A stretch of DNA of 64,000 nucleotides from Burkholderiales bacterium (lineage in GTDB: Bacteria; Pseudomonadota; Gammaproteobacteria; Burkholderiales; CAIKXV01), in NCBI GenBank assembly GCA_038205245.1, contig JBBRCD010000001.1, positions 58,882 to 122,881 on the forward strand, in the 5' to 3' direction. Below, one piece after another: positions 60,787 through 64,000 of this stretch (position 1 is the first letter of the stretch; every line of letters begins with the position of its first letter). Position numbers and translations under genes: made by a program. Below the pieces are notes generated by a model. It was not told the DNA's origin. It saw only the letters and a program-made list of their open reading frames with translations, and searched no databases.

Positions 60787-61200
60787 TTACTTCGCCGCAG
60801 CGACAGGACGGAACGGCTCGAACCGTTCCTGCTGCGGTTTGCCACCAGCCAGCGTCACCGACACCACGGCGCGCACCTTCGGGTCGGGAGGGAACTTTCC
60901 GCTGCCACGCAACCCGTTCTGGCCGAACGGCTCGAGCAGCACATCCGCGCGCTCGGTACCGAGCAGCAGGCTCACCCGACCGCTCGCGCCCCGGGTCGAC
61001 ACCGGCTTGTCCTCATGGGTGTTCACGAACACCATCAGTTCGTCGCCCTTCATCACGAGTTCGAGATGCCAGGACGCGGTCGCGCGCAGCTGCCCGCCAT
61101 TGGGGCCGCGCTTGCCGGCCAGCTCATCGTTGGTATGGGCGCCTGCGCTGTTCACGATCAGCAGCGCGGGACAAACAAGCAATAGAGTGCGTCTTTGCAT
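60787..61200 (-). CDS. Hypothetical periplasmic protein downstream of cusA/czcA
   Basis: Signal peptide '[21 protein letters not shown]'. 137 aa with beta-rich composition. No family recognised. Confidence 0.5.
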   Translation of the reverse strand: MQRRTLLLVCPALLIVNSAGAHTNDELAGKRGPNGGQLRATASWHLELVMKGDELMVFVNTHEDKPVSTRGASGRVSLLLGTERADVLLEPFGQNGLRGSGKFPPDPKVRAVVSVTLAGGKPQQERFEPFRPVAAAK

Positions 61201-61238
61201 CGAAGCCTCCTCCTGGAGTATGTGAACAGGTACAGGGT

Positions 61239-64000
61239 TCAGAACATCTCGCCGGAACGCGCGGCGACCAGCCGCTGCAGGGACGGCCCGCCCCAGCGCA
61301 GGAACATGACCGGCGTCACCAGCGAATCGAGCAGCGTGGCGCTGACCAGACCGCCGAAGATGACCAGTGCCACCGGATACAGGATCTCCATGCCAGGCTG
61401 GTCGGCGTCTACCAGCAGCGGGGCAAGCGCCACGGCCGCCGTAGCCGCAGTCATCAGCACCGGGGTCAGTCGCTCCAGACTGCCGCGCATGACCAGCGCG
61501 CGCCCGAAAGACTCGCCTTCATGCAAGGCGAGATTGATGTAATGACTCACCTTGAGGATGCCGTTTCTTGCAGCGATACCGGCCAGCGTGACGAAACCGA
61601 CCAGGCTGGCAATCGACAGTTCAGCCCCGGCAATCCAGAGCGCGCATACCCCGCCGACCATCGCCATCGGAACATTGGCCATGACGATGGCGGCCAGCGT
61701 CGCCGATCGGTAGCGGCTGTAGAGCACGGCGAAGATCAGGGCCAGCGACACCAGCGCGAGGATCGCGATACGCCGGGAAGCGGCCTCCTGCGCCTGGAAC
61801 TGGCCTTCGAGCACGGTGAAGTAGCCCGTCGGCAGCGCCAGCCCGGCCAGTTCACGTCTGACCGCCTCGATGATCGTCGACATATCACGCCCGTCGGTAT
61901 TGGCGAACACTGCGATCCGCCGCCGCGCGCTCTCGCGCCCGATCTGGTTCGGTCCGTCGCCGTCCTCCAGTAGCGCCAGTCGCGACAGCGGTACCCGCCC
62001 GACAGGGGTCTCGATCAGCAACGCACCCAGGCCGTCCAGGCTGCGCTCGGCATCGGGCAGACGCAGCACGACATCGAAGCGGCGGACGCCATCGTTCACC
62101 TGGGACAGCACCTCGCCATTGGCCAGGGTCTGCAGCGCCAGCGCCACTTCGGTCGGGGTGACGCCATGGGCCGCGGCGCGCTGATGGTCGATGCGCACCC
62201 GTTGCTGTGGAACCCGCACCTGCTTCTCGGTTTGCAGATCAACCAGCCCGGGAATCATCGCCAGTCGGGCCTGCACCTGGGCAGCGAGCGTATTCAGCGT
62301 GTCCAGGTCGTCGCCGAACACCTTCACCGCAACCTGCGCGCGGATGCCCGAGAGCAGGTGATCGAGCCGGTGCGAGATCGGCTGCCCCACATTGACCGAT
62401 GCCGGCAGCACCGCGAGGCGATCGCGGATGTCGGCAACCACCTGCGCACGAGCGCGTGCCGACGGCACCAGATCGACTTCGATCTCGGTCGAGTGCACGC
62501 CCTCGGCATGCTCGTCCAGTTCGGCGCGACCAGTCCGGCGCCCGACCTGCTTCACCTCGGGCACCTGCAGCAACAGTTTCTCGGCCAGCGCACCCACCCG
62601 ATTCGACTCGGCCAGCGAAGTGCCGGGTTCCAGCAGCATATTGATGGTCAACGTGCCCTCGTTGAACTGCGGCAGGAACGATCGGGCAAGCCAGGGCACG
62701 CTCGCCGCAGCGGCGACCGCTATCGCCAGCGCGACCGCCAGTACTGTGCCGGAATGCGCGAAGGCCCAATCCAGCGCATGTCGCTCCCAGTTCTTGAGCC
62801 GCTTCACCAACGGGCTGTCCCCGCGCTCGAGCAGACGCGTGCGCCGGTTGGAGGTCGCGTCAACACCGCCGCGCGTCTCGCCTGCAATTCGCTGGGCGCC
62901 GTGCTGATCGTGCCCGCGGCCGAGCAGCAGGTAGCACAGCACTGGCGTCACCGTGATCGCCACCAGCAGGCTGGCGAGAATCGACATCACATAGGCGATG
63001 CCCAGCGGCGTGAACAGCCGCCCCTCGATCCCGGACAGGGCGAACAGGGGCAGGAACACCAGCACGACCACCGCGGTGGCGTAGACGATCGATGAGCGTA
63101 TCTCGACCGAAGCGCTGGCGATCACCTCGATCGCGGGGCGCGGCTCGGCGAGCAAACGGTTCGCGCGTAACCGACGCAGCACATTCTCGACATCGACGAT
63201 CGAATCGTCGACCAGTTCGCCGATGGCGATCGCGATGCCGCCCAACGTCATGGTGTTGATCGACAGGCCAAGCGCGCGAAACGTGAGCACGGTGATCAGG
63301 ATCGACAGCGGGATCGCCACCAGCGAAATCAGCGTGGTGCGCAGGTTGAGCAGAAAAGCGAACAGCACGATCAGCACTGCGATCGCCGCCTCGGTCATTA
63401 CCCGCTCGACATTGCCGATGGCGCGGTCTATGAACTCCGCCTGCTTGAACAGTACGCTCTTCACTTGCACGCCATCGGGAAGCGAGGCGCCGAGTCCGGC
63501 CAACGCGCGCTCGACTTCGGCGGTGAGCCGCACCGTATCGACCTGTGGCTGCTTCTCGATGGAGAGAATGACTGCCGGGCCGCCGCCATAGCCGGCGTCA
63601 CCACGCTTTACCCGGGGCGCAAAACCGACCTCGGCCACCTGCCTCAGGAGCACCGGCGTGCCATTGCGCATGGCTACTGCCAGCCCCGCCAGGTCGTCGA
63701 TCGAAGTGCTGCGGGCGACGTTGCGCAGCATCAGCTCGCGCGCACCGCGCTCGACGAAGCCGCCGCTGGTGTTCAGTGCGAAGCCGCGTGCGGCACGCTC
63801 GATATCGGCGAGCGTCACCCCGAGGTCGCGCATCCGGCGTACGTCTGGCGTTATTCGGTACTGCCGCACCTCGCCGCCGATCGCGATCACCTGTGCGACA
63901 CCCGGAATGGTGAGCAGCCGAGGCCGCACCACCCAGTCGGCCGCCTCACGCAACTGCATCGCATCGGCCCGTCCCGGCTCGGCCTGCAGCGCCACCAGCA
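61239..64000 (-). CDS. cusA: CusA/CzcA family heavy-metal efflux RND transporter (N-terminus beyond window end)
   Basis: More than 918 aa of RND permease, typical of the HME-RND family. The ORF is open to the window edge. Confidence 0.9.
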   Translation of the reverse strand, partial: LVALQAEPGRADAMQLREAADWVVRPRLLTIPGVAQVIAIGGEVRQYRITPDVRRMRDLGVTLADIERAARGFALNTSGGFVERGARELMLRNVARSTSIDDLAGLAVAMRNGTPVLLRQVAEVGFAPRVKRGDAGYGGGPAVILSIEKQPQVDTVRLTAEVERALAGLGASLPDGVQVKSVLFKQAEFIDRAIGNVERVMTEAAIAVLIVLFAFLLNLRTTLISLVAIPLSILITVLTFRALGLSINTMTLGGIAIAIGELVDDSIVDVENVLRRLRANRLLAEPRPAIEVIASASVEIRSSIVYATAVVVLVFLPLFALSGIEGRLFTPLGIAYVMSILASLLVAITVTPVLCYLLLGRGHDQHGAQRIAGETRGGVDATSNRRTRLLERGDSPLVKRLKNWERHALDWAFAHSGTVLAVALAIAVAAAASVPWLARSFLPQFNEGTLTINMLLEPGTSLAESNRVGALAEKLLLQVPEVKQVGRRTGRAELDEHAEGVHSTEIEVDLVPSARARAQVVADIRDRLAVLPASVNVGQPISHRLDHLLSGIRAQVAVKVFGDDLDTLNTLAAQVQARLAMIPGLVDLQTEKQVRVPQQRVRIDHQRAAAHGVTPTEVALALQTLANGEVLSQVNDGVRRFDVVLRLPDAERSLDGLGALLIETPVGRVPLSRLALLEDGDGPNQIGRESARRRIAVFANTDGRDMSTIIEAVRRELAGLALPTGYFTVLEGQFQAQEAASRRIAILALVSLALIFAVLYSRYRSATLAAIVMANVPMAMVGGVCALWIAGAELSIASLVGFVTLAGIAARNGILKVSHYINLALHEGESFGRALVMRGSLERLTPVLMTAATAAVALAPLLVDADQPGMEILYPVALVIFGGLVSATLLDSLVTPVMFLRWGGPSLQRLVAARSGEMF

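Noticed and set aside
60588-61973. 461-aa plus-strand ORF across DUF305, hypothetical gene and cusA
   Set aside because: It is antisense to three minus-strand genes. The highly Arg/Gly/Gln-rich composition is not coding-like.

Overview
High-GC (roughly two-thirds G+C by eye) proteobacterial chromosome segment. The gene content (many Bug/TctC binding proteins, gshB next to PTS-Ntr-like genes, metXW, ubiK-comM next to glnK-amtB) looks Burkholderiales-like. Most of it is densely packed housekeeping DNA: metH, metXW, gshB, ptsHI, glnK-amtB, coaX, birA, pyrE, xth, ampG, ylqF and a partial cusA. Four regions stand out. (1) A nine-gene cfa-type lipid-modification cluster (FAD oxidoreductase, DUF1365, CFA-synthase-like methyltransferase and others) lies divergent from a CarH/LitR-type MerR plus B12-binding regulator, which is followed by a di-iron ferritin-like protein. 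(2) A more AT-rich Rhs toxin islet at about 27.6-32.7 kb has an unrecognised glycine-rich C-terminal tip, an overlapping membrane-anchored candidate immunity ORF and a homopolymer frameshift, and is bracketed by diverged direct repeats of the ylqF 3' end plus an Uma2 gene. (3) A decayed islet at 53.1-55.3 kb holds two tandem antitoxin-PIN modules, one broken by an amber codon, and a Bug pseudogene. (4) Several short tandem-repeat arrays occur, clean single in-frame TAG codons interrupt otherwise conserved genes (yqhA, vapC), and an intrinsic terminator sits only 27 nt upstream of metX. I did not recognise any rRNA, tRNA, CRISPR array, transposase or integrase. Many long ORFs in the supplied track are antisense shadow ORFs typical of high-GC DNA and are not reported.
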